From assembly GCF_001194135.2 (NCBI RefSeq), contig NC_069003.1:17548793-17612792 (forward strand): a stretch of DNA of 64,000 nucleotides. Reading direction: 5' to 3'. Within the stretch, counting starts at the first letter, position 1; each line of letters begins with the position of its first letter. Positions 24,770 to 37,435 of the stretch are shown here, in pieces. Both the position numbers and the translations under genes were made by a program. Origin of the DNA: Octopus bimaculoides (Eukaryota). Below the pieces are notes generated by a model. That model searched no databases. It saw nothing but the letters and a program-made list of their open reading frames with translations, and was not told the origin of the DNA.

Positions 24770-25735
24770 AAATGAACAATCTGGTGTCTTTATTTCAATG
24801 GCCTAGCAATGTATGCAATGAATTTCTTTGTCTTGGGTGTGTGGAAGACACTTGGCAAGAAATGGAAACAAAATTGAAAAAAGAGGATGATGATGATAAT
24901 AGAAGAGTGGCCATGGACTTTTACAACTTGAATTAACAATGATGAATGCAACAATTGGCCTAAACACTTAACCTGAAAAATTCTGATGACTGGATGCTAA
25001 AACTTGTCTTAGAGCATGAAAACAAGAAAGTCTCATACTCAATAACAAAACAGGCAAGGAAATATCTAAGTGAATTCCAAATACAAGCAAGTCCTAGAAT
25101 TAGATGTACTGGAAACAAGCACAGAAAAAGCTAAGCATATGAAAACCCTTGCTAAAACTGCTGCCTTAGTTATTCACACTGATAAAAGGCAAGAAAAACC
25201 TCTCAGTGGCAAATACCCAAAAAGAGCTAACAATGCTGATGTTGACAAAGCCCTTACCCATCAATGGTTAGCATTTTCTGGCTTAAAATCAGAGACAGAA
25301 GGGTTTATCATAGCTGCCCAGGATCAATGCCTACCTACAAGAAGCTACCAGGCCAACATCTTAAAGAACAGTTTCTAGTACATGTTGTGTATGTAAATAG
25401 CAAAATGAAACTATTGATCAGTCTCCATGTGCAGCCTTCTTGCACCTACAGAGTATCTCAACAGGCATTATAGCACAGTACAGTAAATTGACTGGGTAAT
25501 TTGCAAAGACCTGGACCTGGTGGAAACACATCTCACTCCTTTGGAACTTCACAGTTCGAACTGACACAAAGATAGATTCAAATAGGCCAGGCATTATATT
25601 GAAGGATTTCAAACAAAAATCATGCCTCCCCATCACTATTACTGTCCCAATGGAAATAAATGTATCTGTCGCTGAGTACTCCACAGGCATGCATACCATA
25701 ATGTAGTTCTCAGGGAGATTCAGATTCACACAGAA
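24770..25735 (+). pseudogene. Second R4/Dong-like non-LTR fragment (zinc knuckle/RLE side)
   Basis: QEKPLSGKYPKRANNADVDKALTHQWLAFSGLKSETEGFIIAAQDQCLPTRSYQ, followed by decayed CCHC and endonuclease-region residues. Confidence 0.75.
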
Positions 25736-26385
25736 TGTGACAAAGCTGGTCCCTTTGAATTACAGCTACAACTCATTTTGGCCAGCTGAGTGGACTGCAG
25801 CAAGGTGAAGTAGAGTACCTTGCTCAAGAACACAGCGCGCCACAGGGAATCGTACTCATGACTTTATGGTCATGGACTGAATACTCCTAACCACTGAGCC
25901 ACGCACCTTCAGTCTCTTAACCGTAGAGAAAAGGAGTGAATCGATAGAGACAGAAAAAGGAAAGCCTAAGTCATTTACAATGACAATTAGACTGAAATAC
26001 GCTCAATCTTTTCTAGCTTCTTTACTTTTCACAATGAAGAAGCGGTAAAGACATTTAGCAATGAATAGAGGGAAAGTCTTTCAGGTGTTTACGTTTTTAT
26101 TCTGGGAGTTCTAGAATAATCGAGTGTTAGTTCTCTCTTCATTGCCCCATCACCGGTACTTATTCACCTTCTTTCATAGTTCTTTATGTCTTTTAGTTGT
26201 GAGGGGGGAGACCATGTTTGTTTTTCAGGCATGTTTAATGCTTTCTCTACAAACTACAAACAAGCCTGCCTCCCTAATGCAAATTCCAAATGGGGTACAG
26301 CTGTGAAAAGAACCCAGAAACATGGGTAATACCCCCTACAAAATAATAATAATGATGATGATGATGATGATGATGATAATAATAA

Positions 26386-26975
26386 TCCTTTCTACTATAG
26401 AAACTGGGGGAAAGGGAGCTGGTACTTATTTCACAAATTCTGAAAAGATGAAAAGCAATGTCAACCTTAGCGGAATTTGAACTCAGAACGTAGAGATGGA
26501 CAAGTTGCTGCTAAGCATTTTGTCCAGCAAGCTAATGATTCTGACAGCTTGCTGCCATGATGATGATGATGATGATGATTCCTTTTCTTCAGAAGTTCAG
26601 ACAAAATTTATTTATCTTACTACAACATCAACATGGTTAACAATAGTTAAGTTAATCCTTTTGATACCATGCCTCCTCAGACCATTCCCCTTGGTTCCAG
26701 AATACAAGTTCCTGGTTTTAAAGTGATCTAAATTAAAACTTCTTTCATCAAAATTTCATGTTAATTTATGTTACAAACATCAGCTTAATAATTGTTTCAA
26801 ATTTTGGCACAAGACCAGCAACTTTAGGGATTACATTCACTCAGGTAATAGACTGATACCTTACTATATTAATCACAAAAGGATGAAAGGACATTTGTAA
26901 CAAGAATGTAAGGAGCTGGAAGAAATGCTGCTAAGCATTTTGTCCAATGTGCTAATACCTTTTCCAGCTTGTTAT
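26386..26975 (-). mobile_element. Two S1 SINEs interleaved with a MITE fragment
   Basis: Copies at about 26386-26556 and 26790-26975. Segment 26640-26790 matches the TTAA-type MITE at 34646-34840. Confidence 0.7.
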
Positions 26976-28559
26976 CTTAAATAATAACAAAGTTATTTTA
27001 CTAAAGTTTTCATTATTTTCAAAATTCATTTTCCAGCACTAGGCTGGAACTGATTTACTGCTGTGTACACTAGAGTCACATGAAATCAAGTCTAAACAAT
27101 TGAACTTGCAACCTTGTGATCATAAACCCAACATCTGAACCACTAGGTATGCACCTTCACATCCTACATACATATATAACTAAATAGAGAGATATACAAA
27201 ATTATACACACAAACATAAAAGAACTATATATATACATCCATACATATATATTTAGGTAGTAAAGAAAGAAGTACTCAATACCATAAAGTAGAGTCTTAA
27301 CTTTTACTCCAGCAATTACCAACAGTTTTGTTGTGTAACAGCCACACAGTTCTTCAGGCTGTTATGTTGGAATAAAGTCTAAAACTCTATTCCAGCACAG
27401 ACACACAAATATGTATACACACGCACACATACATTGGCACTTACACAAATATGTATATACCCATATATAAATATATGTCTACATACACACAAAAACACAC
27501 TCTCCGCACATACATATAGATGGATAGACAGATATATATATATATATATATATATNNNNNNNNNNNNNNNNNNNNNNNNNNNNNNNNNNNNNNNNNNNNN
27601 NNNNNNNNNNNNNNNNNNNNNNNNNNNNNNNNNNNNNNNNNNNNNNNNNNNNNNNNNNNNNNNNNNNNNNNNNNNNNNNNNNNNNNNNNNNNNNNNNNNN
27701 NNNNNNNNNNNNNNNNNNNNNNNNNNNNNNNNNNNNNNNNNNNNNNNNNNNNNNNNNNNNNNNNNNNNNNNNNNNNNNNNNNNNNNNNNNNNNNNNNNNN
27801 NNNNNNNNNNNNNNNNNNNNNNNNNNNNNNNNNNNNNNNNNNNNNNNNNNNNNNNNNNNNNNNNNNNNNNNNNNNNNNNNNNNNNNNNNNNNNNNNNNNN
27901 NNNNNNNNNNNNNNNNNNNNNNNNNNNNNNNNNNNNNNNNNNNNNNNNNNNNNNNNNNNNNNNNNNNNNNNNNNNNNNNNNNNNNNNNNNNNNNNNNNNN
28001 NNNNNNNNNNNNNNNNNNNNNNNNNNNNNNNNNNNNNNNNNNNNNNNNNNNNNNNNNNNNNNNNNNNNNNNNNNNNNNNNNNNNNNNNNNNNNNNNNNNN
28101 NNNNNNNNNNNNNNNNNNNNNNNNNNNNNNNNNNNNNNNNNNNNNNNNNNNNNNNNNNNNNNNNNNNNNNNNNNNNNNNNNNNNNNNNNNNNNNNNNNNN
28201 NNNNNNNNNNNNNNNNNNNNNNNNNNNNNNNNNNNNNNNNNNNNNNNNNNNNNNNNNNNNNNNNNNNNNNNNNNNNNNNNNNNNNNNNNNNNNNNNNNNN
28301 NNNNNNNNNNNNNNNNNNNNNNNNNNNNNNNNNNNNNNNNNNNNNNNNNNNNNNNNNNNNNNNNNNNNNNNNNNNNNNNNNNNNNNNNNNNNNNNNNNNN
28401 NNNNNNNNNNNNNNNNNNNNNNNNNNNNNNNNNNNNNNNNNNNNNNNNNNNNNNNNNNNNNNNNNNNNNNNNNNNNNNNNNNNNNNNNNNNNNNNNNNNN
28501 NNNNNNNNNNNAAACACACTATTTCTTTCTTTCTTTCTCTCTCTCTCTCTCTCCTTCAT

Positions 28560-28790
28560 GCGCGTACGCACAGATTTGACTTCGCCATGTCAACAAACTT
28601 CAAAATTGGTAAAAGTTTATCGATTTTTACAGGTATATGCGGGTACCTCTGAGAGAGAAAGTTGATGAAAATGCACATAGGGTCATTCCGAATCTTCTCC
28701 TAAAATTGGAGCGACATGCGTGCTAATTTGTGGACGAGCATAAACTACATTCACGTACACACACACATCCTCTCTTTTATATATATTGAT
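28560..28790 (+). mobile_element. Helitron/Helentron-like non-autonomous element end
   Basis: Ends in ...cacacacacatcctctcttttatatatattgat, a typical non-autonomous rolling-circle-type terminus (from memory). Confidence 0.45.
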
Positions 28791-28959
28791 ACATACATCC
28801 ACACACACATATATATATACAGATTGACAGATAAATATGTAGGTAGATAGATAGGTAGATAAATAGGGATAGATAGATATAGAGATAAATGAATACAGAG
28901 ATAGGTAGATAGAGAGATAGATAGATAGATATATAGATATTTGGATTATTCCCTGGAAT

Positions 28960-29520
28960 TAATTGATTCGTTTTGAAAAGCTGAAGAACTGGATGTAAAA
29001 AATTCAGAGAGCTACTATCTCTGCTCACAACAAAGGAATTCCCTCTGTTAGTAAAGGACAAATTGTATGATGCCTATATGTCAAGTGCAATGCTGCATGT
29101 TAGCATAACATGGATTTAGAAAGTGGAAGAAGAGTGAGAGTTGACAAGAAAGAAAGCAAGAATGCTCAACTATATGTTAGTATACAAGGATGACAGCGCA
29201 TAAATAAGCCGAGAGAAAAACTAGGTATGAAAGGATTAAGACATGGGGTGCAAGAGAGGAAACTGAGCTGGCACAGACAGGTATATCATGTATAAGAAGG
29301 ATGGTAGTTGGGTAAGAAGTGGCAAGCAACCACAGTAAAAGGAATTTGCAGAAGAGGAAGACCAAAGCAGGCACAAAAGAAAGAAGTTTAAGCTGACCTC
29401 TGTCGGCAGAACGTCAAGAAGATGACAAAGGATTATGACAAGTGGCAAGATGGTAAGCAGGAGAAAACCCATTAAAGCATAGGAAAACAGACAAGAAAAA
29501 TGGTGATGATGATGATGGCA
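28960..29520 (+). pseudogene. Degenerate RTE RT C-terminus and tail
   Basis: Recognisable similarity to 48130-48560 (ggacaaattgtatgatgcct..., agaggaagaccaaag). Confidence 0.6.
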
Positions 29521-30334
29521 GTGGTGAGGTATATACTGAGATTATATATATACACATGATTGTATAAAAGATGCATGAGCATATTAGATGTATTTCAATT
29601 TCAGAGTATTCAAACATAGGGCTTGGGGTGACCTTTTGAGACATTGGGGGGGGGGGGAGTCCGCACACACACACACACATACTCTCTCTCTCACACACAC
29701 ACATTTGTTCAGTGCAGTTTAAACATTAAATAACATGACAACCAGTATTTAGAACTTCATGTGCCTTCCTATTCATGAAATTGTAGTTCTCTTGTTTGTT
29801 ATGAATCCTGTATTTGAGAGTTACACAGAGTGTATGTAGAAAGTACAATGAAGCATGAGAGATTGTTTAAAAGATATTTAGTTGCACCATCTTATGTATG
29901 TTCCATTAATATAAGGTAACTATTAGTTACATAATGTAAATTACATAATCAACACTTATCATCAAATTGTCAGAGATATGTAACTATTATATGTAACATT
30001 GGATTGAAAAGATCTTGACATAATTAACAGTTACTCACCATCTCCATGATGGTTGATTTGTCAACATCTTTTCAATCCACTTATGTTACATTTAAAAGTT
30101 ACACATCTCTGATGATTTGACAATAAGTCTTGATTGTGTAATTTACATTATGTAATTGATAAACACCTTATGTTAATGAAACCTAAGTAATGTGGTGTAA
30201 ATATATATCATAAACAATCTCTTTCATATATATATATATATATATATGGTAAATGATTTCTACTACATCCTTAAATTGACCAATGCCTTGCAAGTGAAAT
30301 CTGGTAGGTGGAAACTGTACAGAAACCTGTTGTG

Positions 30335-31570
30335 TGTGTGTGTGTATTTATGTGTCTTCACAATGTGATCCTGTGAACAAAAACCAGTGACATTGTTTAA
30401 GCCATTTGTACACAATGTCCAATAGCTCAGTGGTTTTGCAAAAAAAAGAAAGCTGGTAACAGGAAGTACAACCAGCCATAAAATACTGTCTCAATAATCC
30501 CATCCAACCCATGCCAACATGATAAAAAAAAAAGATGAATGTGAAAATAATGAAATATATAGCACGTTTCATCACAAGGTCCAGTACCTTGTTGGGCTAA
30601 CTTGTGTGTCTCAATGACTGTCAGAGCTATGCCATTGGAGTGCAAACTACTGGTAAGGTCTCTTGTGCAGGACAGGTCAAAGGATACAGGCCAGACAAAT
30701 ATGGATCACCTCTTCTTAGATGTGAAAATGGGTTTGCATAGGGCCAACACACCTACCTAGACAAAGCAAAGTTATAGAAGAATTGATGATAATAACAAGA
30801 CCTGAGAGGAAAGAAAGTCCAGAGTTGGGAAGAGTTGTTAGTGGTCAATGCTCCATAGGGAGAGAAGGGAATCATGTAAATACAAATCACATTATAAATG
30901 TGCATGACCATCGTCATCATAATTTTAAAAGGGAAATATGATATATTCATAATGTGGTGTAAATAAGCGTCCAAGGCATATTTTTTCTTTCCAATATACC
31001 ACAAAGACCTACCTGAACTGAGTTTATATTCATGAAAGAGTTAACTAGACTCCCCACATTTATAGATTAATTTCACCATCAGCTATGATGATTAATATTT
31101 CTGTTTTATCAAAGATAGCATATTGTAAAGCAGCATTTACCTTGACAAGGACACGTCCCTTGAAGAATTCAGGTGAGGGTAAACACTGCCTGATGACATC
31201 AACAGGCTCCACATATAATCTATCTCCAAAAACTGATGTAATATACTGAGACATTTTCTGTTGCTGCTTTAAGCTACAATGGTTCTCAAGGCAGACTATC
31301 ACAGGATAGCTGAAAGAAGATATGTATATATATTTATATAAANNNNNNNNNNNNNNNNNNNNNNNNNNNNNNNNNTATATATATAAGGTCGTTTGTGTGT
31401 GTGTGTAAGTGTTTCTGTGTCTTCATGCTGCGATCATGTGAACAAGAACAGTGACATTATTTTAAGCCATCAATTCGTACACAATGTCCAATAGCTCAGT
31501 GGTTTTGTGAAAAAGGTTGATGGCAGGAAGTGCATCCAGCCATAAAATACTGTCTCAATAATCCCATCCA
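30335..31570 (+). repeat. Pair of ~190 bp direct repeats on either side of exon 31141-31309
   Basis: 30335-30530 and 31390-31570 share gtacacaatgtccaatagctcagtggttttg...ccagccataaaatactgtctcaataatcccatccaa. Confidence 0.8.
31141..31309 (-). CDS. PLCL: PLCL-type PLC exon 7 in window (end of X box)
   Basis: ctttcAG / GTAAA. Encodes (S)YPVIVCLENHCSLKQQQKMSQYITSVFGDRLYVEPVDVIRQCLPSPEFFKGRVLVK; 169 nt, phase 2 to 0. Confidence 0.96.
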
Positions 31571-32277
31571 ATAGATGTACAAAGGTTCACACACAAATAT
31601 ACATGCAGGTGTGGCAGGGTGATTAAGAAATTTGCTTCTCAGCCACATGGTTTTAAGTTCAGTTCCATGGTACAATGTCTCGAGCAAATGTCTTCTGCTA
31701 TACCCACAAATCAATCAAAGCTTTGTCAGTGGATCTGGTAGACAACAACTGAATGAAGCCCATTGTGTATGTGTATACATACACACACACAGTTTTATGC
31801 CTCCTTGTCTTGATATCTTACAAAATGTACTATAGTATTAAGACCATCACCATTATACAATGGAATATAGAATAGCAGTAATGTACTAAAGCATTTACAC
31901 CATCAAAGTCACACTATGGTATATAGATGGCAGTCTATCAAGTCTGAGAAAGATGGTTCTGCAATTTTTTGTTGAACAACCTGTACAAATGATTTGCTTT
32001 ATAGTGATCAAATGTATGTGCTGCACATTAGCTCATTTGCTCCATCAAATTGACGTTGCCTGAACAGATGCATGGTGTGCCACATGTCAGGTGTCAAAGT
32101 GATCAGAGAGCAACACAAGATGAAGTTTTTTGCTCAAGAACACATTGATTCCCGGATTGGTCAGTGCAAACTCATCTCGTGATCATGGATACAACACCTT
32201 AACTAGTAGGTCATGAACCCTTACAATATGGTATATAGAACAGCAATAATGTACTGAATTTGAGAATAATTTCTTAC

Positions 32278-32398
32278 CTTGATAATTCAAAGCCATATTT
32301 GTTGATGGTCTCAATGACACTTTTAAATGGTAACTTAGAAGAAAGGGTTCGTCCATGGTAAACTAGGGGCTCATCATCCGGTCCATCCCAACAGTCCA
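32278..32398 (-). CDS. PLCL: PLCL-type PLC exon 6 in window (X box, second catalytic His)
   Basis: ctctctAG / GTAAG. Encodes (L)[39 protein letters not shown](S); 121 nt, phase 1 to 2. Confidence 0.96.
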
Positions 32399-32914
32399 CT
32401 AGAGAGAGAGAAACAGTTTGAGAATTCTTTCAGGTCATTTAAGTGATTTTCTTGTGACCAAATTTTTAACAAAATGTGTTTCAATTCATTTTGAAAATAA
32501 TCAAGAGTTTGCAGGAATTTAATAGCATACCTGGTGCTATCATTTATTAGGATAATCATCCCAGGGTTTGTAAAAGAACTTAGATGGTTCACATATACAA
32601 CAACGGAAGACTTTAATTTGAATATTAAAGTCAATGAAACTACCAGCTTTATGTCACAGAATCAGAAAATGTCTTTGCTAAGTTGGAATCAAAAGGATTA
32701 GAGGATTAATTAAAGAACTGAGTAGGCAAGGCTTTGTGGTAAGAAGCATGCTTCCCAACCACATGGTTCCAGGTTGTCCTACTGCATGGCACCATTTCCA
32801 CTTTAGCCTCAAGCTGACCAGAGCCTTGCGAGTAGATTTGGTAGAGAGAAACTGAAAGAAGCTAGTCATAAGATCATCATCAACATCTAACACCTGTTTT
32901 CCATGCTGGCATAG

Positions 32915-32950
<36 letters not shown>

Positions 32951-32954
<4 letters not shown>

Positions 32955-33776
32955 TCTGATCAATAAGTATCCGGACTATTGCCATAGTAATGAAGCTAAA
33001 ACATGCAGGATGAAACCTCTTGGCACAGATTGACCTTGAACTCTGCTGTGCATGCACAGTAAGTTTTAACGTTGTAGCTCACTTCCACTGTCTACAGCAA
33101 TGCTTGGAATGAAGGTGTCTAGCGTGTGATCGTCACAATGACCATGACAGGGAAAGTTGAGCAGAGAATCTGTGTCAAATTTTACCAAAAGCTTGGCAAC
33201 AACTGCTCAGAGGCCTATGCATAGTTTTCAAAACGTTTTCATCGTTCTCGACACAATCAAGGAGATCTTGTGCAACTGAAACCCGAGTGTTTTTTTGGTC
33301 AGCTGAAAGCAGTTTTGGCACAACTTAGCAGACACGCATCTCATACCCCAAATCTTCAGTGATAATGGACTGAACTTAAACCATAACTAATCTGCACATC
33401 CTCTGATAACTCACGGATGGTGATTTGATAATTTCCCCTCACAGCTGCAAGCACATCTGTGATGTTTTTCTCAGTTCTGTCAATATCAACATTTTTTTGG
33501 TCATCTTAGAAACATCTGAACCACTCATACACTTGTGTGCAGCCTCTGAGCAGGAATTGCCATGACAACTTTCTTTGTTGTGGTCAATGCGACAATCACA
33601 CACTACATACCTTCCTTCCAAGCACTGCTGTAAACAGCAGAAGTAAGCTAGAATGTTAAAACTTCATGTGCATGCACAGTGGAGACCAAGGTCACTCTTT
33701 GCCAAGCAGCTTTACTCTGCATGCATTAGCTTCGTTACTATGGCAACAGTCCAGATACTTATTGATCAGACAACAT
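32951..33776. mobile_element. mariner-derived foldback element with ~230 bp inverted arms
   Basis: Terminal gtctgatcaataagtatc(c/t)ggact on both ends. The transposase N-terminus (EQRICVKFYQKLG) is on +, and a longer N-terminal piece (IRELSEDVQISYG...RCVSA..VPKLLSADQK) is on -. Confidence 0.85.
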
Positions 33777-34329
33777 AGATATATATCTGAGTGTGTCTTT
33801 GTGTTTGTATTTGTCCCACCTCCACCAGTTGACAATCAGTGTTGTTGTATTTACATCCCTGTAACTTAGCAGTTCAGCAAAAGACACCAATGCAATAAGT
33901 ACCAGGCTTAAAAAAAAAAGTACTGGGGTCGATTCATTCAACTAAAAGTTCTTCAAGGCAGTGCCCCAGTATGGCCGTAGTCTAATGACTGAAAGAAGTA
34001 AAAGATAAAGGATAAGATAGTTTAGTATTGTGATGTTAGAATTAGGGGCTGATATTTATCTCAACAAGCAATCACACTTATTTAGAAAATTGATTACTAC
34101 AACTTTGAAGCATAGGGTATAATCAACCTCAGGACTTGACTGATAATAATGGGAATGAGAGATAAAATTGACAACAGCAGAATTTGAATTTGGATTGAGA
34201 AGAGCCATAATAACTATGAAAGGCATTTTGTCTGACACACTAAAAATTTTGCAAGTTTATTGCCCTACAAAAATATTAACAAAGAAACAAAAAAAAAAAA
34301 GACGTTCTTGCTGAAGGGTGATAGGCAAA

Positions 34330-34570
34330 GTAACAATTCTGCCAGCTCCCCTCCTTCAGTATTTGAAAATATTGGTTTCAGCAATATCAGGGAAGTGGTA
34401 GATCAACTACATGAACCCCAGCATTCAACTGGTATTTATCTTATCAACTCTGAAAGAAAGGATGAAAAGTAAAGTCGACCTCGGAGAAATTTGAACACAG
34501 AATGTAAAGACGGATGAAATATCGCTAGCATTTTGCCCAGTGTGCTAACAATTCTGCCAGCTTGCCATCT
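34330..34570 (-). mobile_element. S1 SINE
   Basis: aaagtcgacctcggagaaatttgaac...gtgctaacaattctgccagcttgcc. Confidence 0.8.
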
Positions 34571-34645
34571 TAGTATTTGAAAATATCGATTCTTTGTAAG
34601 AAGTGCAGGACCATTTTTTTGTAGGGGGAACAGACTGTTGATAGG

Positions 34646-35570
34646 ATTAACTCTTTTGTTAACCATATTTCTACTGTAAAACATTGACTTTGTTTCAAGT
34701 AATTTTGAAATTAATGCAGAATTTAGTAAAATACCTCAGTCATTAAAACCCTTCTGATACTAAATCACCCTGGTTCTTTGACACAAATTTCCTGTTTTAA
34801 AGTGATCTAAATTAAACCTCCATCCATTCAAATTTCATGTTAACCCGTTAGCATTCAGATCACTCTGTCAAATGTAATACTTATTTTTTTTCTTTAACTT
34901 GTTTCACTCATTTGATTGTGGCCATGCTGGAGCACTGCCTTTAGATGAACAAATTGACCTGAGGACTTATTCTTTGTAAGCCTAGTACTTATTCTATCAG
35001 TGTCTTTTGCTGAACTACTAAGTTACAGGGACATAAACACATCAGCATCAGTTGTCAAGCAATGGTGAGGGACAAACACAGACACACAAATGCATACATA
35101 TATATATATAATGGGTTTCTTTCAGTTTCTGTCTTCCAAATCCACTCAAAAGGCTTTGGTCAGCCTGATGCTATAGAAGGAGACACTTGCCCAAAGTGTC
35201 ACACAGTGGAACTGAACCCAGAACCATGTAGTTGGGAAGCAAACGTCTTACTGTACAGCCACTCCTGCACCTATTCATATTGTTTTAACTTAATCATGTA
35301 TTATCTCATAGCTTTGAGATTTCAATGATATGACTTTATAGTTTAATTTCAGAATAATAATGTAGGGTAGGTGTGAGAAGCCAGAAGGGGTTAATTTGAA
35401 CAAAAAACACAATAGAATATTTGGGCCAGATATGGCTGATTTGAATATTAAAGGGTTAATTGATGCTCTGAATACAAGCTTAATAATGGCAAAATAATTT
35501 TACTAATCTTCATTATTTTAGAATTAATCAAAACAAAGGTAGTGTGTCTCAAAAGAAATGCGGTAACATC
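34646..35570. mobile_element. Nested TTAA-type (piggyBac-like) MITEs with an S2 SINE inside
   Basis: Inner element TTAA|cccgttagcattc...gaatattaaaggg|TTAA at 34844-35455 carries a minus S2 copy (34890-35270). The outer element resembles 43964-44174. Confidence 0.65.
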
Positions 35571-37000
35571 ATCATCATCATTTAATGTCTATTGTCCATG
35601 CTGGCAAGCTACACCAGATTCTAGTTTGATTTAGTGTGGTTTCTACGGCTGGATGCTCTTCCTAAACCCAACCACTTTACAGAGTGTGCTGGGTGCTTTT
35701 ACATGGCACCGCAATGGATGCTTTTACATGTCACCACATGGGTGCTTTTACACGGCATCGCACGGGTGCTTCTACATGGCACCACCACGAGTACTTTACA
35801 CCACCAGGAGGATCAGTTCTAATGCTTCTGCTGTGAAGTGTGGGTCTTCTTGAGTATGGCAAGATGCTAGATATCTCAGTCCTTTGTCATCTTGCCTGAA
35901 AGGTTCAGCATCCAAAGGTTGTTCTTGAGTACTTGATCCTAAGTCTTCCATCCAGTTTGAGAGATCAGCACTTCTTTACGGAGCTATCGGCATCCATCCG
36001 CATCTCATGACCAAACCAGCACAGTCTTCTCTCTTGCACACAGCAACCAATTCCTCTTACACTTAACTTCTCTCTCAGAACACTGGCACTCTGTCAAACA
36101 TGTACACTTACATTACATATCCAGTGGAGCATACTAACCTCGTTCCTTTCTAACCTTTGCATGTCCTCTGCATTCAAGGCTCATGTCTCACTACCATATA
36201 GAATTGCTGTCCGTATACATGCATTATGCAATCTTCCTTTTACTTGGAGAGGGGAACCTTTCATGATCAACAGAGGTAACAGCTCTCTGAATTTCCTCCA
36301 TCCTATTTTTATTTGAGCTATCATATCCTCCGTGCATCCTCTCCCACTACTAATTTGGTCCCCTAGTATTATATCCTTATGGATAAACAAATACACTGCA
36401 ACAGTGTAATAACAATATATAATTGAAACAGATGGAAGTAACCAGATGGAATGTAACAACAATCTTTTAAGAACTAACAATCCAACATGCTAGCTTGAAT
36501 TGTAAATATTGAACTTCGGCTTTGAACTATCAACACACAAACTGAGGAACTAGCACAAACTAGCTCACCTACTCAGATTGCTATTATTTACATGTAGTGG
36601 TCTAGTCCATTTTCACCAGGGGGCATTGTACTCTCGCACAATACCTAGGTAGCAGAAATTATCTACTACTTCTAATGAGCCACCAGGGTATTTGAGAGAA
36701 TCAATTTCCCGAGTCTAAAGTTTTTATGAATCATGAAACTACCTTCTTTGATAACCTTCCAATTAACTCACTGCACCTCTTGTGTGTCTATAGCTTACAC
36801 TGGGTACACCATACAGAGTTCATGCCTACACTTTTACTACAAATTGAACAGGTCCACCTACCTGAGGTGGGTAGGGTCCTCCTGTCAGTTTTCTTGTTTA
36901 CTAGATCCTTAGTTTTTGCTAATTTAACCTTGAGGCCCTTAGATTCCAAGTTTTGCTCCACACCTGGAATTTTTCATCTAGCTCTGATAGGGAATCCACT
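35570..37000 (-). pseudogene. RTE LINE 3' fragments
   Basis: LGDQISSGRGCTEDMIAQIKIGWRKFRELLPLL...KGRLHNACIRTAILYGSET (36180-36360), tail at 35570-35800, RT piece at 36726-37000, small 20 bp tandem at 35690-35790. Confidence 0.8.
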
Positions 37001-37435
37001 ATGAGGATAACAAAATGGTAAATTAAGCTGATGTTTGGAACATGAATTAGCATGAAATTTTAATGGAAGATATTAAACCAGGTCATTTTAAAAAAGAAGG
37101 TTTGTATCATAGAACCGAGAGGGATTTCAGAAAGGTTAAACATAACTGAATAGTCAGCACTATTGATTGTTCAAGAATGTAATGAAATGACCACTGGTTG
37201 ATGACAGTTGCACATTTTTTTCATTTGAGATACTTTCAAATAAAACAGATTATGTGAGGACAGAGGCCTTCCTAAGCAAGATTTTAGAAAAACTACTTGG
37301 ATGTACAGTAAAGCATAAATATAATACCTTCATATCTATGCCAGCTTTAGGAGGTGGAATCTCTGTCAATCAATGTTGACTGTGTATGTGCAAGTGAGGA
37401 AAACATGTTTTGAAGAAGACTGGCAGTTGCTCATA

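Noticed and set aside
25910-26330. Non-repetitive-looking intronic stretch as a possible enhancer or alternative promoter
   Set aside because: Only short motif matches; nothing in the sequence alone distinguishes it from unrecognised old repeat DNA.
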